Origin: a virus
Taxonomy: Duplodnaviria > Caudoviricetes
Virus record (IMG/VR): IMGVR_UViG_3300003316_000399
Location: 1-64,000 of that record
Direction: 5' to 3' (one strand)
Length of the DNA: 64,000 nucleotides
The notes under the pieces: generated by a model
What the model was told of the DNA's origin: nothing
Databases searched by the model: none
The model's input: the letters and a program-made list of their open reading frames with translations, nothing else
Program-made: the position numbers and the translations under genes
In this document: piece by piece, positions 36,109 through 46,900 of the stretch
Numbering within the stretch: the first letter of the stretch is position 1
Layout of the letters: every line of letters begins with the position of its first letter

Positions 36109-36453
36109 CTACACTTCAGAAAATGAAATGCGTGTGCCACCGATCACCAGCGCAACACCCCCAACATAAATTTTAGAATCTAATATATCTTCAATCACGA
36201 AGAACAATAAACCATCGTCACACCCAATTTCAATAAATGGGGGCGTGTATTGTTTACCATTCTCATCAGTACGTTTATTTGCTTCTAAAAATTTCGTTAC
36301 ACTGTGAACTCCTCCCTTCCCCAACCGTACATGGTTAAGCACTGTAGTGAACACAATTTCCTTATAACGCACTTCCACTTTCTTGTTTAACAATCCTGCA
36401 AACATATTCTCATAATATGAGGCTTTTTCTTTTAAACCTTTTCGCACGCTCAT
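36109..36453 (-). CDS. hypothetical protein
   Basis: ORF in the replication operon. Confidence 0.6.
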   Translation of the reverse strand: MSVRKGLKEKASYYENMFAGLLNKKVEVRYKEIVFTTVLNHVRLGKGGVHSVTKFLEANKRTDENGKQYTPPFIEIGCDDGLLFFVIEDILDSKIYVGGVALVIGGTRISFSEV

Positions 36454-36471
36454 TAACTTATTCCTCGTTGA

Positions 36472-37227
36472 TTAACTTGTAATAAATTCAATATCGCATT
36501 CAACACGATCGATTTCCGAACGTATACGTGCTACCGCCATATTATAATACTTTTCACTTATTTCGCAACCCGAGAAATTGCGTCCGGTTCTGAGACAGGC
36601 AATAGCTGTTGTGGCAGTACCAGCGTAAGGATCAACAACAAGACCATCAGCGCGGCAGTGTGTTGTGACATGTGCTTGAACGATAGACAATGGTTTCTGT
36701 GAAGGATGACGAACACCATTTTCGTCAGAGATTCGCTCTTTACCTCCTGTAATGGGATGTTTCCAGATATTCTTCATATCTTCCTGGCGTCCAAAAGTGA
36801 AATTATTACCCATTTTATTTGTCTTTGATGCCCACATAGCTATCTCAGTTGCCTGCCGGTACGCGGTTTTTCTGAATTGAGGAATGGGATTGGTTTTTTC
36901 CCATACAAGCATTTGTTTTGGACACATATTTTCGCCGGCCCATTTTCGATACACTCCATATAATTCTTCGCTGGTCCAAACAATAAGGCTTCCAAACTGG
37001 TTTAATATACGCGGTACGTGTGCGAGAAATAACGAGGGGTCATAATTATAATCCCATTCACCAAAATCTAGACTGATATACCGCTTTACACCGTTGTCGA
37101 TGGTCACAAGCTTTGAACCCTTTCTTGAAACATTGTACGGTGGATCTGTAAGTACCAGATCCACCGTCTCATTTCCACGTGTTTCAAGAAATTCTACTGC
37201 ATCACTCAGATAGAGTTCTATACGCAT
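36472..37227 (-). CDS. DNA N6-adenine/N4-cytosine methyltransferase (beta class)
   Basis: DPPY precedes HPSQKP and DPYAGTATT; start MRIELY at 37227 with GAGGAG RBS. Confidence 0.92.
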   Translation of the reverse strand: MRIELYLSDAVEFLETRGNETVDLVLTDPPYNVSRKGSKLVTIDNGVKRYISLDFGEWDYNYDPSLFLAHVPRILNQFGSLIVWTSEELYGVYRKWAGENMCPKQMLVWEKTNPIPQFRKTAYRQATEIAMWASKTNKMGNNFTFGRQEDMKNIWKHPITGGKERISDENGVRHPSQKPLSIVQAHVTTHCRADGLVVDPYAGTATTAIACLRTGRNFSGCEISEKYYNMAVARIRSEIDRVECDIEFITS

Positions 37228-37780
37228 ATTTCTCCTCAAGCCATTCGTTAAAAACTCGATGATCACAAATAACAAACCGTCCCATATCTGTTGCTAACAC
37301 GAGAGCATCAGCACTTTTTAAAATATCTACAAGCTTATTCTTCTTCAATAAGTAACTCCGTTTATCAGGATATGAAATCTCATGATAAATCTTTACCGCA
37401 TCTGTAGCAAATAACTCCCAGGGAAGTATAAAATAATAATCACGACTTCCGAGGAATTGAATCACCACCGCGCCAAATTCTGCATTTAATTGCACAGCTT
37501 CATCAGTAATCTTACGTATCCATTTAAATGGAAAAGAAATTCTTGGCACTCCATCAGAAATCTGTGAGCTTATTTTACATTCTACTAAATAAAACCTTCG
37601 GTCAAAACCATCGGCTGTAATAGGAACACGCACATCTCCTTTATCCACACCTGCTCCAGAATATGGCTGACGGCGTCCGCGCAATAACTTTGCAATATTA
37701 CGCTCCATGGTCTTTGCACGCGCTCTATTCTGCGCGTTTCTCATACGAATTGCCTGTTTACGATCTTCCTCAAATGACAT
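37202..37780 (-). CDS. Holliday junction resolvase (PD-(D/E)XK)
   Basis: ERNIAK...SGAG...KGDV...LVECK. Confidence 0.75.
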   Translation of the reverse strand: MSFEEDRKQAIRMRNAQNRARAKTMERNIAKLLRGRRQPYSGAGVDKGDVRVPITADGFDRRFYLVECKISSQISDGVPRISFPFKWIRKITDEAVQLNAEFGAVVIQFLGSRDYYFILPWELFATDAVKIYHEISYPDKRSYLLKKNKLVDILKSADALVLATDMGRFVICDHRVFNEWLEEKYAYRTLSE

Positions 37781-37791
37781 CCTTCCCCTCC

Positions 37792-38490
37792 TTAAATATT
37801 AAATGGTGTATTGTATGTTTCGTGGCCTGAGCGTCCTCCCCATTTTGCAATATAATACTGTTCTTGTAAACCGTGGTGGCAGTAATTTGCGCGTTGATTC
37901 ACAACACTGGATTTCTTTAATGTGTTTGATCCGCCGTTCATATGCTCAATATCAGCACCAAGACCGCTGTCTAACGTTGAAAATCCTGCTAATCTCACGC
38001 GATGATACCAATCGTTATCAGCGAAATATTGGTACAATCTTTGATCCCACGGACCAACAGCACGAACTGCATGCATATTCACACCACATAAAATATCATA
38101 AAATGTGAACACAACACCCCAGGATTGCCGGTCCTCAATATTATGTATGTATTCGACTAATCTCGATGCCGCATTGTTTTTCACAAGACAGTCACTGTGA
38201 GCCCACAGGTAAAAATCTAAATGATCCATTTCTGCATTTTGCTGTAACACATTCATTACACAAGAAAATGGTAATGAAACGTTATAACAAGCTTCCCAGC
38301 AATAACTCTGACGCCTGATCCACTCAAGTGTAAAACTATTAAGATATTCCTTGCGATTCTCTGGACCACCATTATAAACAATCTCAATATTACGCGGATC
38401 AATGTCGTCAGCAATGCTATTATAACATTTTAGAAATGTATCGAAATCATTTGTATACGGTATATATAATCGCCAATTCATTGTACTCAT
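37792..38490 (-). CDS. glycosyltransferase family 2 (GT-A fold)
   Basis: HSD (DxD-like), AVGPWDQR..YFADNDWYHR and IEH..GS. Confidence 0.8.
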   Translation of the reverse strand: MSTMNWRLYIPYTNDFDTFLKCYNSIADDIDPRNIEIVYNGGPENRKEYLNSFTLEWIRRQSYCWEACYNVSLPFSCVMNVLQQNAEMDHLDFYLWAHSDCLVKNNAASRLVEYIHNIEDRQSWGVVFTFYDILCGVNMHAVRAVGPWDQRLYQYFADNDWYHRVRLAGFSTLDSGLGADIEHMNGGSNTLKKSSVVNQRANYCHHGLQEQYYIAKWGGRSGHETYNTPFNI

Positions 38491-39050
38491 CTTATCACAT
38501 ATCTTTCTGGAGTGGTTTCGATTCCATCTGCATATTGATACACATATACATTATCTGGTAAAATCTTAGCAAGTATATTAAGCACTGGAGTTACCTCTAA
38601 CCTTCCTAATCCAACACCAGGAACCGGCATAGCAAATGTCATAGAAGTATTGTCTGAAGCAAAACTCGCTAAACATTTTGCGCTGTATTCTATCAGTAGC
38701 ATTGATGAAGACTCTCGCCAATGATATTTGGTTTGAAACAAGCCAATATAAGATTCGCTTTCTTCAACAGGAAGTGCAAAAAATCCATATTCATATACAT
38801 CAATAAAATGCGGTTTATAATTTACATGAATATAGCTTCCAGCACGTCTTGAAAGCTCTGGATATTTATCAACAGCCTGTTTTGCAGTACCCTTCCCCAT
38901 AACTAATTCATAATAGCAATTATGACGCGTGCCACCCCGAGCATCGTTGTGTGTACTGATTATCCTCTCTCGCACCACACCATTTGTCATAACTATAAAA
39001 CAACTAGCATCACTATTCCAAATATCCCCATATGCGTAGTACATCCACAA
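38487..39050 (-). CDS. macrodomain (ADP-ribose processing, Poa1p/DarG-like)
   Basis: GDIW, TN, VMGKGTA, TKYHWR and MPVPGVGLGRL. Confidence 0.82.
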   Translation of the reverse strand: MWMYYAYGDIWNSDASCFIVMTNGVVRERIISTHNDARGGTRHNCYYELVMGKGTAKQAVDKYPELSRRAGSYIHVNYKPHFIDVYEYGFFALPVEESESYIGLFQTKYHWRESSSMLLIEYSAKCLASFASDNTSMTFAMPVPGVGLGRLEVTPVLNILAKILPDNVYVYQYADGIETTPERYVIR

Positions 39051-39056
39051 TCTCCT

Positions 39057-40226
39057 TTAATAATAACGTAAATAACGCGGCTCATAAATCGCTGGATAAT
39101 TTCCGAGGGGACCATCACGATTTTTAGAAAATCTAAATGTACAATTACGCATCTCATCACGAATATCATTCTGATCCATTTCGATAATCACAAATGTATC
39201 AACCACTTGCTCTACTTCTGAAGACCAAAATACACCATTCTGATCATTCAGTTGTACCAGCATAATAACTGCTAAATCTAGCTCTTTAGCAGCATCTCTA
39301 AGATCACGGCACACATCTGCCCATCCAATACTTCGATTCTCACCAGAGAAAGCAATGATTTGTAGATAATCAACAAACACCGCCTTAATACCGTATAACT
39401 CCTTATGGATATAAATTTGACGCACCATTTCATCAACGTTAATACGTGTTCGATCGATGATGTAAATGGGCAGTGTTTGTATATCCGAAATAGCTTCGTT
39501 AATTTTCTCTAATTGCTGAGGGGTTACTTTTCCTGTACGTAAATCCATGTTATTGGTGTCAGTAGAAGCTGCGGCCATGCGTGACACCAAGCGCTCTGCT
39601 GGCATTTCGATAGAGAAAATCAATACAGGATGTTCATTCCGAGCTAATCCAAGCGCACTCTGAATCAAGAATGCTGTTTTCCCTCCGCCTCGTCTTCCAC
39701 CAATTACAGTTACAGCTTTCCGAGGGTATTCTTTACCGAAAGGCGTTTCTAAAAAGGGAATACCCGTTCCAATAAATTCATACTGACCGCGTATTTTCCT
39801 GTGTAGATCTGCTGCAAAGAGTGAGACGCCATTTACAATACTACTATCTTCTTCAACAGTAATTGGATTAATATTAATAATAGAATCAACATCTGCGCGA
39901 GTGAATGAGTCTGAATTTGCCAGTTGCGCAGCCTTTTCTGCAACATCAGCAAGCTGTCTCTTGCGTGCTAAATTGACTAATTTATCCAGTAATGCATTCG
40001 CACTCGCCACACCACGAGCTGCCTCTAAAGCACCCGGTAATGAACGCTTATAAAAAGATTCTATCCCCTCACTACTCAGTTCTCCATATTTAATATACGC
40101 CTCACGCATTGAAATGAATAATTGTCTGCGATCACCTGTAAATAAAACCGCGTTTATTTTGAACACGTATCCTGGATGATCTAGGATATATCCGAGCAAG
40201 CGATATTCCGCAGCCTCATCATACAT
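39057..40226 (-). CDS. dnaB: DnaB-like replicative helicase
   Basis: GGRRGGGKT, FSIEM, VDYLQII, QLN and KNRDG. Confidence 0.93.
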   Translation of the reverse strand: MYDEAAEYRLLGYILDHPGYVFKINAVLFTGDRRQLFISMREAYIKYGELSSEGIESFYKRSLPGALEAARGVASANALLDKLVNLARKRQLADVAEKAAQLANSDSFTRADVDSIININPITVEEDSSIVNGVSLFAADLHRKIRGQYEFIGTGIPFLETPFGKEYPRKAVTVIGGRRGGGKTAFLIQSALGLARNEHPVLIFSIEMPAERLVSRMAAASTDTNNMDLRTGKVTPQQLEKINEAISDIQTLPIYIIDRTRINVDEMVRQIYIHKELYGIKAVFVDYLQIIAFSGENRSIGWADVCRDLRDAAKELDLAVIMLVQLNDQNGVFWSSEVEQVVDTFVIIEMDQNDIRDEMRNCTFRFSKNRDGPLGNYPAIYEPRYLRYY

Positions 40227-40232
40227 AGTAAT

Positions 40233-40772
40233 TTAATCCTTTAAAAAATCAAACTTCTTTTTCAACATATCAAATGTTTTTATTTTAACATAATCAATAT
40301 AATCCGACAAGTTATCACTTTTATAAGTACCAGTTATTGGCTGTTCAACAGATCTATATTCATCAAATTCATGTGTCAGCTTATCTGCCAAAATTATAAG
40401 CCAATTTGGCATTAGGACAAAACTATATTTATCAGGCCAGTATAATTCAGAAAGCGCATCTCCATATTTATCAGCATAACGTTTTGAGTGATGCAGTGAA
40501 AAATTCTTCCAAGTATCTTGTTTATATATTCCATTCTCGCACGGATCGAAAAGACGCTGCATAATATATGCACCTAATTCAGGATGTGTTTCTCCTTCAG
40601 CGCCGTCCATGTCGCACTTTCCCCAATATCCCCAATCATGTACAATGATTCCGCACAGCTCTTTAAAAGAGGGCCATCGATTGTATAACTTCTTCCAAGC
40701 CATTGTAACAAAAATTGGATGTAGAATAAACTGATGATAACCAAATAACAAACTTTTAGTCCCTATTCTCAT
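40233..40772 (-). CDS. conserved phage protein with HD-like motif
   Basis: GTKSLLFGYHQFILHP...IVHDWGYWG...HP. Confidence 0.65.
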   Translation of the reverse strand: MRIGTKSLLFGYHQFILHPIFVTMAWKKLYNRWPSFKELCGIIVHDWGYWGKCDMDGAEGETHPELGAYIMQRLFDPCENGIYKQDTWKNFSLHHSKRYADKYGDALSELYWPDKYSFVLMPNWLIILADKLTHEFDEYRSVEQPITGTYKSDNLSDYIDYVKIKTFDMLKKKFDFLKD

Positions 40773-41050
40773 ACGCTCACCTCTTCGTAATCATTGTCTT
40801 CAATGTAATCGAGCCATCTCTCTTCTAAATCGTTGGATTTATTACGTAAAAAATCTTGAAGTTTTATATTTTTAATATCGTCTGACAATTCTTGATCAAT
40901 AATTATATTAACTATCTCTTTGTAATCATTCAAAGAGCTTTCAAAAATATAATGATTATCCTTATACAAAACTTCTCTATCACACAAGTCACAATATTTC
41001 TGATACTTATCAAGAAGATCAATTAAATCATTTGTGATAATGAATTGCAT
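40769..41050 (-). CDS. hypothetical protein
   Basis: ORF in operon. Confidence 0.55.
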   Translation of the reverse strand: MQFIITNDLIDLLDKYQKYCDLCDREVLYKDNHYIFESSLNDYKEIVNIIIDQELSDDIKNIKLQDFLRNKSNDLEERWLDYIEDNDYEEVSV

Positions 41051-41082
41051 TTTTACACTCCGTTGTTAATTTATGAAGTTTT

Positions 41083-41310
41083 CTATATGATAGAATCAAA
41101 TAACTCTTCGACAATTTGTGAAAGAACTACACACTTCTGCTCAAAATTTTTATCCGTGCAGGCCAAAAGATCTAGTACGCGTCGCTGGGCCTGCCAAATA
41201 ACAAAATCGAGATGGCTCAACGTGTCCTCATCGCTGCGATCTCCAGACCAAACTACGCGATTGCAAAATGTATTAAACTGTGCTAGTAAAATTCGCAGTT
41301 CCTCATTCAT
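41083..41310 (-). CDS. hypothetical protein
   Basis: ORF abutting the primase stop. Confidence 0.55.
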   Translation of the reverse strand: MNEELRILLAQFNTFCNRVVWSGDRSDEDTLSHLDFVIWQAQRRVLDLLACTDKNFEQKCVVLSQIVEELFDSII

Positions 41311-42273
41311 TTAAAATTTCCTTATCTGTCGATATAGAGATAAATCAATTGAATTATCAATAATACTCTTTAGTCTGTTAAATCCACCCCTGGGATGGAG
41401 AATAAAAGCATCGATATCCATTTTGTTTTCATCGAAAAGTGGCAACGTGCCAACGCGACTGTTTGTTCCTAATTTTAACCCGAGTTGTATAATTGCACGA
41501 TCAACACGTGATCGTTGTATAGGATCACGATCTGAATCAAAAATGATAATAGGCACAATGTGAGAAGGTAATATTAAACCGGGGCGATTTGATTTAATAC
41601 CTGGCAATGCAACGATGGGTATATCATGTACATCGGCAAGTATTGCCTTGATCTCGCCCTCGGTAATAACGATATAACTTTTATCCATTGCTTTATTCAG
41701 CCCGCGTGACCAGTTAAACGGATATATTGCACCCCTATCCGACGCGCGATTACTTGGGCTTTTATATTTGAACTCCTCAGTACTGAGGAGCGTGCGCGCT
41801 CGTAGGTCAACAACAGTGCCATCATTAATATATGGAAAAGTAATATGATCTGAAAATTTAGGTTGCCCACTCCATGTGGCGATTCCAGCATCCTTTGCGA
41901 TTGCCTGTTGATAAATGGGCAATCCTGTGGATGGACAATAACCAAGCTTAAAAATATTTATTATATTATCATCCATACCGCGATTGTGTAAATAATCGCG
42001 CGAGGTAATATTCAGGTTTTCAACATAATAGTTTGTAAGTGATGTATATACATCACGTATTCCATTGATATCTAACTCTCTCGATGATTGATAATCCCTC
42101 GGCGTATCTCCTAGAAATGCAAATAAACCACATTCATAACAGTACGCTTTCATATTATGCTCAGTTACACCGAGATCATTGCCAAAACATTCTGGACACC
42201 GACATTTATACCAAGCCCCACCACTCCGTTTTGTTATATTTGCACGACAATATTCCAGTGTAATTACAGACAT
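41311..42273 (-). CDS. DNA primase (zinc finger + TOPRIM)
   Basis: CPEC...CYEC, YLHNRG, LGY, ITEGEIKA and IFDSD; probable start MSVITL at 42273. Confidence 0.9.
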   Translation of the reverse strand: MSVITLEYCRANITKRSGGAWYKCRCPECFGNDLGVTEHNMKAYCYECGLFAFLGDTPRDYQSSRELDINGIRDVYTSLTNYYVENLNITSRDYLHNRGMDDNIINIFKLGYCPSTGLPIYQQAIAKDAGIATWSGQPKFSDHITFPYINDGTVVDLRARTLLSTEEFKYKSPSNRASDRGAIYPFNWSRGLNKAMDKSYIVITEGEIKAILADVHDIPIVALPGIKSNRPGLILPSHIVPIIIFDSDRDPIQRSRVDRAIIQLGLKLGTNSRVGTLPLFDENKMDIDAFILHPRGGFNRLKSIIDNSIDLSLYRQIRKF

Positions 42274-42317
42274 ATTTACCTCAGCTTGTACATATAACAA
42301 AATAAATTATATAACAA

Positions 42318-42680
42318 TTACGCCGCGTTGTCAATTTTAGATATAAAATTCATACCCACTATTCTATCAATCATTGCTCTAGTCTCAGCAATATTATCAC
42401 AGGTTTTCTGTATATGTAATAATAATTCCCCCTCACTATCCACAATACAAGATTTAGAAAAATGGCTCACATCTTCTGCATCTCTAAATTCAATGGTATA
42501 TTTAGCTTGATATCTCGGTGTATTGAATATCAACAGCTTTCTTATACTCAAAGCTGTTACTCTGAATGTTCTACCCTCAGTGTTTGGTATCTCGTGATTC
42601 TCACGATGTAAATCGAATTCACGGCATGGATTAAAATCTACCATAACCTCCAGCTCGTCTGCAATATCGACTCTCGACAT
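42318..42680 (-). CDS. hypothetical protein
   Basis: ORF with GGAGG RBS. Confidence 0.6.
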   Translation of the reverse strand: MSRVDIADELEVMVDFNPCREFDLHRENHEIPNTEGRTFRVTALSIRKLLIFNTPRYQAKYTIEFRDAEDVSHFSKSCIVDSEGELLLHIQKTCDNIAETRAMIDRIVGMNFISKIDNAA

Positions 42681-42694
42681 TTTGATTCCTCCAT

Positions 42695-42740
42695 AAAAAA
42701 AAAAAGAGATGGGAGCACATATTTAAAATATATACTCCCA
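42695..42740 (-). terminator. probable intrinsic terminator
   Basis: TGGGAG/CTCCCA stem followed on the minus strand by an 11-T run. Confidence 0.6.
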
Positions 42741-42747
42741 AACCTTT

Positions 42748-43065
42748 TTAGGATTCCAATGCAATCGTTTTGTAAAGAAACTCCTGTTGTAGAGACAACA
42801 TTTCTGCAGTTACATCTTTTCTGTTCGAGTTAAATTTCATAGATGTTTTGGCTGTGTCACACATCTCTGCAACTAACTCCTCCCTCGTATCAAACTCCAC
42901 ATTCTTGGAGCGGCAAAATCGTGTCTGGTGTGAAGCATCTGGGTCATCAAACCAACCAAGAACATAGTCAGCAGTATATTGCTTTTTCTCCCCAGCTTTA
43001 ATGACAATAGCTTGGACACTAAACACTTTCGCAGTCTTCTTTTCAGAGTTCATATTTTGACCCAT
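42748..43065 (-). CDS. hypothetical protein
   Basis: ORF downstream of the putative SSB. Confidence 0.6.
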   Translation of the reverse strand: MGQNMNSEKKTAKVFSVQAIVIKAGEKKQYTADYVLGWFDDPDASHQTRFCRSKNVEFDTREELVAEMCDTAKTSMKFNSNRKDVTAEMLSLQQEFLYKTIALES

Positions 43066-43073
43066 TTTTTCTT

Positions 43074-43805
43074 TTATGTCCAGAGTGGACGAACGGGTTC
43101 CCAGTTCAAAGTCTTCATTACCTCTGTATAATCCTCACCATCGAGTAACGCCTGTTGCGCATCATGCGGCATTGGACGAATAACGCGTGACATGTTATAA
43201 CGCGGTAACATTTCTAACTCAGAGGGTAGAGGGTCCATGTCGTAATCAGGACGTGCTTGGTACTTAGTTGATCTTCCAGTACCATATGAACTGATAAGAA
43301 CATCGAATCTCTGAATTGGGAGAAAATCACTATACGAGCTGTCAGGGAACCGCTTCCGCGTCTTTTCATGAAGAAGCGCAAACTGCTCCATAAGCATTGG
43401 ACCCTGCTTTAAAATATATGGACGATTTAGAACACGAGGAACGCCGCGTACACTAAACTGCCCATCCTGGTTTGGTCTATGAACCACTCCATCAATTTCA
43501 ATAACTGGAGTTCTGTCAAGAACATTTAATGCCCACTGCTTAGAACCAAATTTGAAATCAGGGTGATCTTCACCAAGAGATCGCATATACTGGTCGATGG
43601 GTCCATCCCATCCCTCAACAACAATAGGGCGATCTTCACGAACACCGTTTCCAATATTTACTGGAATCCAATATTGTCTAAATTTATACTCTTCATCATC
43701 GCGAATACGAATAGTGGTTTGTGTGCCTGCAAGCTTTAAAAATGGGCTCTCAAGTGGCCGTGCCTCTGCCTTAACAGGCTTCTTTAAACTATCTCCAAAC
43801 GCCAT
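43074..43805 (-). CDS. putative single-stranded DNA-binding protein (gp32-like)
   Basis: FLKL..TQTTIRI...WALNVLDR...DVLI...GTGRSTKY pattern; first gene of the replication operon. Confidence 0.6.
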   Translation of the reverse strand: MAFGDSLKKPVKAEARPLESPFLKLAGTQTTIRIRDDEEYKFRQYWIPVNIGNGVREDRPIVVEGWDGPIDQYMRSLGEDHPDFKFGSKQWALNVLDRTPVIEIDGVVHRPNQDGQFSVRGVPRVLNRPYILKQGPMLMEQFALLHEKTRKRFPDSSYSDFLPIQRFDVLISSYGTGRSTKYQARPDYDMDPLPSELEMLPRYNMSRVIRPMPHDAQQALLDGEDYTEVMKTLNWEPVRPLWT

Positions 43806-43870
43806 TTCTTTTCTCTTCTTTATTCAATTTTTAAATTTTATACATATGACTCTTAACGAATCACAAATAT

Positions 43871-43899
43871 ATTATACAGGATCTCGATATATTTGTCAA
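43871..43899 (-). promoter_or_regulatory. consensus sigma70 promoter of the replication module
   Basis: TTGACA-17nt-TATAAT. Confidence 0.88.
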
Positions 43900-43923
43900 T
43901 TACCAATTTTCCAATCGGCGGAA

Positions 43924-46900
43924 CTATAACCCAGATGGTGCAACTGGAAGTATACCAGACGGCGTTACGTCGCGTTCTACAATATCCCAACTACTCCAAA
44001 CTGTTTCTCCCTCTTGCGTAAAATCTCCGTCAACCCAGCCAGATGGATTAGGTACAAATCCCCAGGATAATCCGTCATTTGTTACATAAAATCCATCTAT
44101 GGAAGAGATGGTTTTCACATACGCGCCAACATTTTTTCTGTAACCCCTCCCAGATCTCATATTATACACAATCTTCAATGGATAAATTGCTGGTAGAAAT
44201 TCCATAGTTAAATTATCAGATTCAGTATTTTTAAACAGTCCGGCTTCTTCTGGCACAAGTCCTTCTGATGCTAAATACATACCATGTTCAGCAATTTGTA
44301 TAGAACGCAGGAATCCTAATCCTGTATTCTCTGGATTCTTTGGCTCCTTTGTATAACTATTGCCTGCTGAGTAATCTCTTCCCTCTGTCCAGAATGGAAG
44401 CGTATTTCCAAGACCCTGATTCTCTATGTTAGGGTTAACCGACATGCTCCGCGCACCGAGGCCGACAAAGGCATTTTCATTTGGACTAAACATTTGTAAT
44501 GTCTCTAATTTAACATCTCCAAATCTACCGGCTGCAAATGATCTAGATTCTCCAAGATCTACTCTGTTACGTGGTGTAGTCCATGTATAATTACTCGACC
44601 ATGATGGCAAAATAAACCATCCGCCATATGTGTTGGTTCCGGCATTGTCACCCTCTAAAATGTAAATTTTACTACCCTCTCCAAGAAATATATTATGTAT
44701 TTGACCAACATTGGAATCTTCTGTCGCATCATCTGGTAATGGACCAGTTGCTAACAGCCTTGCAGCAAAGAAATCAGTACCAGGAGTACGAACCCATAAT
44801 GTACCATTTGAGTTTACATCTTCTTTACCACTCACACCAAACAAATAAATAGTACCATCTTCAGCTATTTCCATACCCATAACGGTTGCAAGTGTGAATA
44901 TTGGTTCAGACGACGACCAAGGATTAAACGCGGGAAAATTAAACGCCAGCTCCTGCCATGTTCCTCCTGCGTCAAGCGTCTCATAAATATGTAAATTGGT
45001 TGGTGGAAAAGGAATATCATCCAATCTCCTAGAGCCACTTGTACCGAGAATGACCCAATGATCAGGGCTTTTAGGACGACCGCGAACTATCTGCCATTTA
45101 ATGTCTGGTAGGGGTGGCGTTTTTTTCAACCAAGCACCATCTTTATAATGCCAAATACCGTCGCGAGTATTTTCTGCTGAAGCGGTACCAACAATAATTT
45201 CAGCCTTTACACGCCTGCCAGGAGTACCATCATATCCAACCATATAACCAACTTCACCTGGTAAGCATTCTTTCATCACAATACCGCTTCCCATTAATGG
45301 GAAATATTTAACTAAGCCACCATTGGTAGCGACATACACAATATCTAACTCGGGATCGCGTATTGCATGATTTGCTACATTATTTGGATATTCTCCCGGC
45401 AAGAAACAACTGAATCTTGCGTCACCACCAACAACAGGACAAATCCATACACCGCCACGATCGTCAAAAACATATAATTCAGGACGATTGATTGCCATTG
45501 TCATAGCAGTAATTGATGATACATCATATAAACCACTGGGTGAAGCATTTTGTGAGAAGAATATAGAATCTCCTTCTACGCTTCTTACAACCGCGCCAGA
45601 TGTGACACCTGTAAAAGATACCCAATGTTTATCCTGTCCAGATGTGTAATAACTAGCTATTGATCCCAACGGACCCGCTAAAACTTCGTCCCAAGCTTCA
45701 CCACTAGTAGTTGACCAGTATACTTTATTACCAACAAGAATTTCAAAATTACCCGGCAGTGTTGGATTCTCAAGGACGAATGAAACCTCCCCCGGCGCTT
45801 CAATCGGTATCCAACTGGAACCTGCGTTCTCAGTTAAAATTATCTCGTTACCAAGTGCTAACATCACACGTTCAGGAAATCCTTCATTCTGCCAAATAAA
45901 TTGTATTGTGTTGATTGGATCTGTATATTTTATATCAAGAAATGATGTTTGCAAATAATCATTCGATGTATATAATATCCCACCAAACGCGCCACCATTT
46001 GCCATTAAACCAATACCACCATCTGTAAAAATACCTGACGGGGGTTCAGGACGAAGCGTATTGTTTGTTGGGCCTATCGGGGGTACCACTGTTGTTGATT
46101 CTAATTCAGCAGAATTCCAAGTATATCCAGCATCGGGAGAAACATACCAAGAAGTACCCGCTGCAAATGATAGGATACGCGCACCCGCGTATGCAGCACC
46201 ACTGATAAGCACTTGTTGTGTAATGGTTCCCGACGCACCGAGTTCATCAGTGACATATAATGTCACATCCATACCAGATGGTGCTGGGTTAAAGAACATC
46301 ATTGCTGATTGACCAGACGCGGTTTGTGAATCGTAGTTATTAGTCCATAAATAACTTGTAACCGGCGCAGAAGAAAATACATTAGACGCGTCTAGAAACA
46401 ACTCAGCAATTTGTATACCGCTCGTGATTGTTTCTAATGATACATTATATGTGAATGTAGGAGTAACGGTGCCATAATCAATTCTATCATCCGGCGAAAC
46501 ATCTCCTGGGTATGTTGTTAAGGTCATCTGCATTGTATAACCATTTTCAGAGGACATAGAAGTACTAATTTCTTCGATAACATAATAACCATCAGCGACG
46601 CTGGAATCTATACTAACTGTTAATGCTGGCACTAAGAAAGGATTACCGTCCGCCTCCATAGAAACTGTTTCTTTCAAACGATTTAGATCTGTCAAAACCC
46701 GTCTCGCTGTATAACTTGCCATTTCAGGAGTATCAATCAGCTCATTAGAAATTAACACACCGCGATATGGCGTGTTCCCAATATATGGTGAAGTTGATCT
46801 AGCAACGAACCGAATTCCTGACGCGCCACGTACTTCAACATAATTTCTCAGATCAGTATTAGTTCTTTCTTTTGAAATACTGTGAATATTTCCATCATCC

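Noticed and set aside
32552-40226. Inteins or introns in polA, dnaB or recA
   Set aside because: The proteins are of normal length with contiguous motifs and no intein signatures
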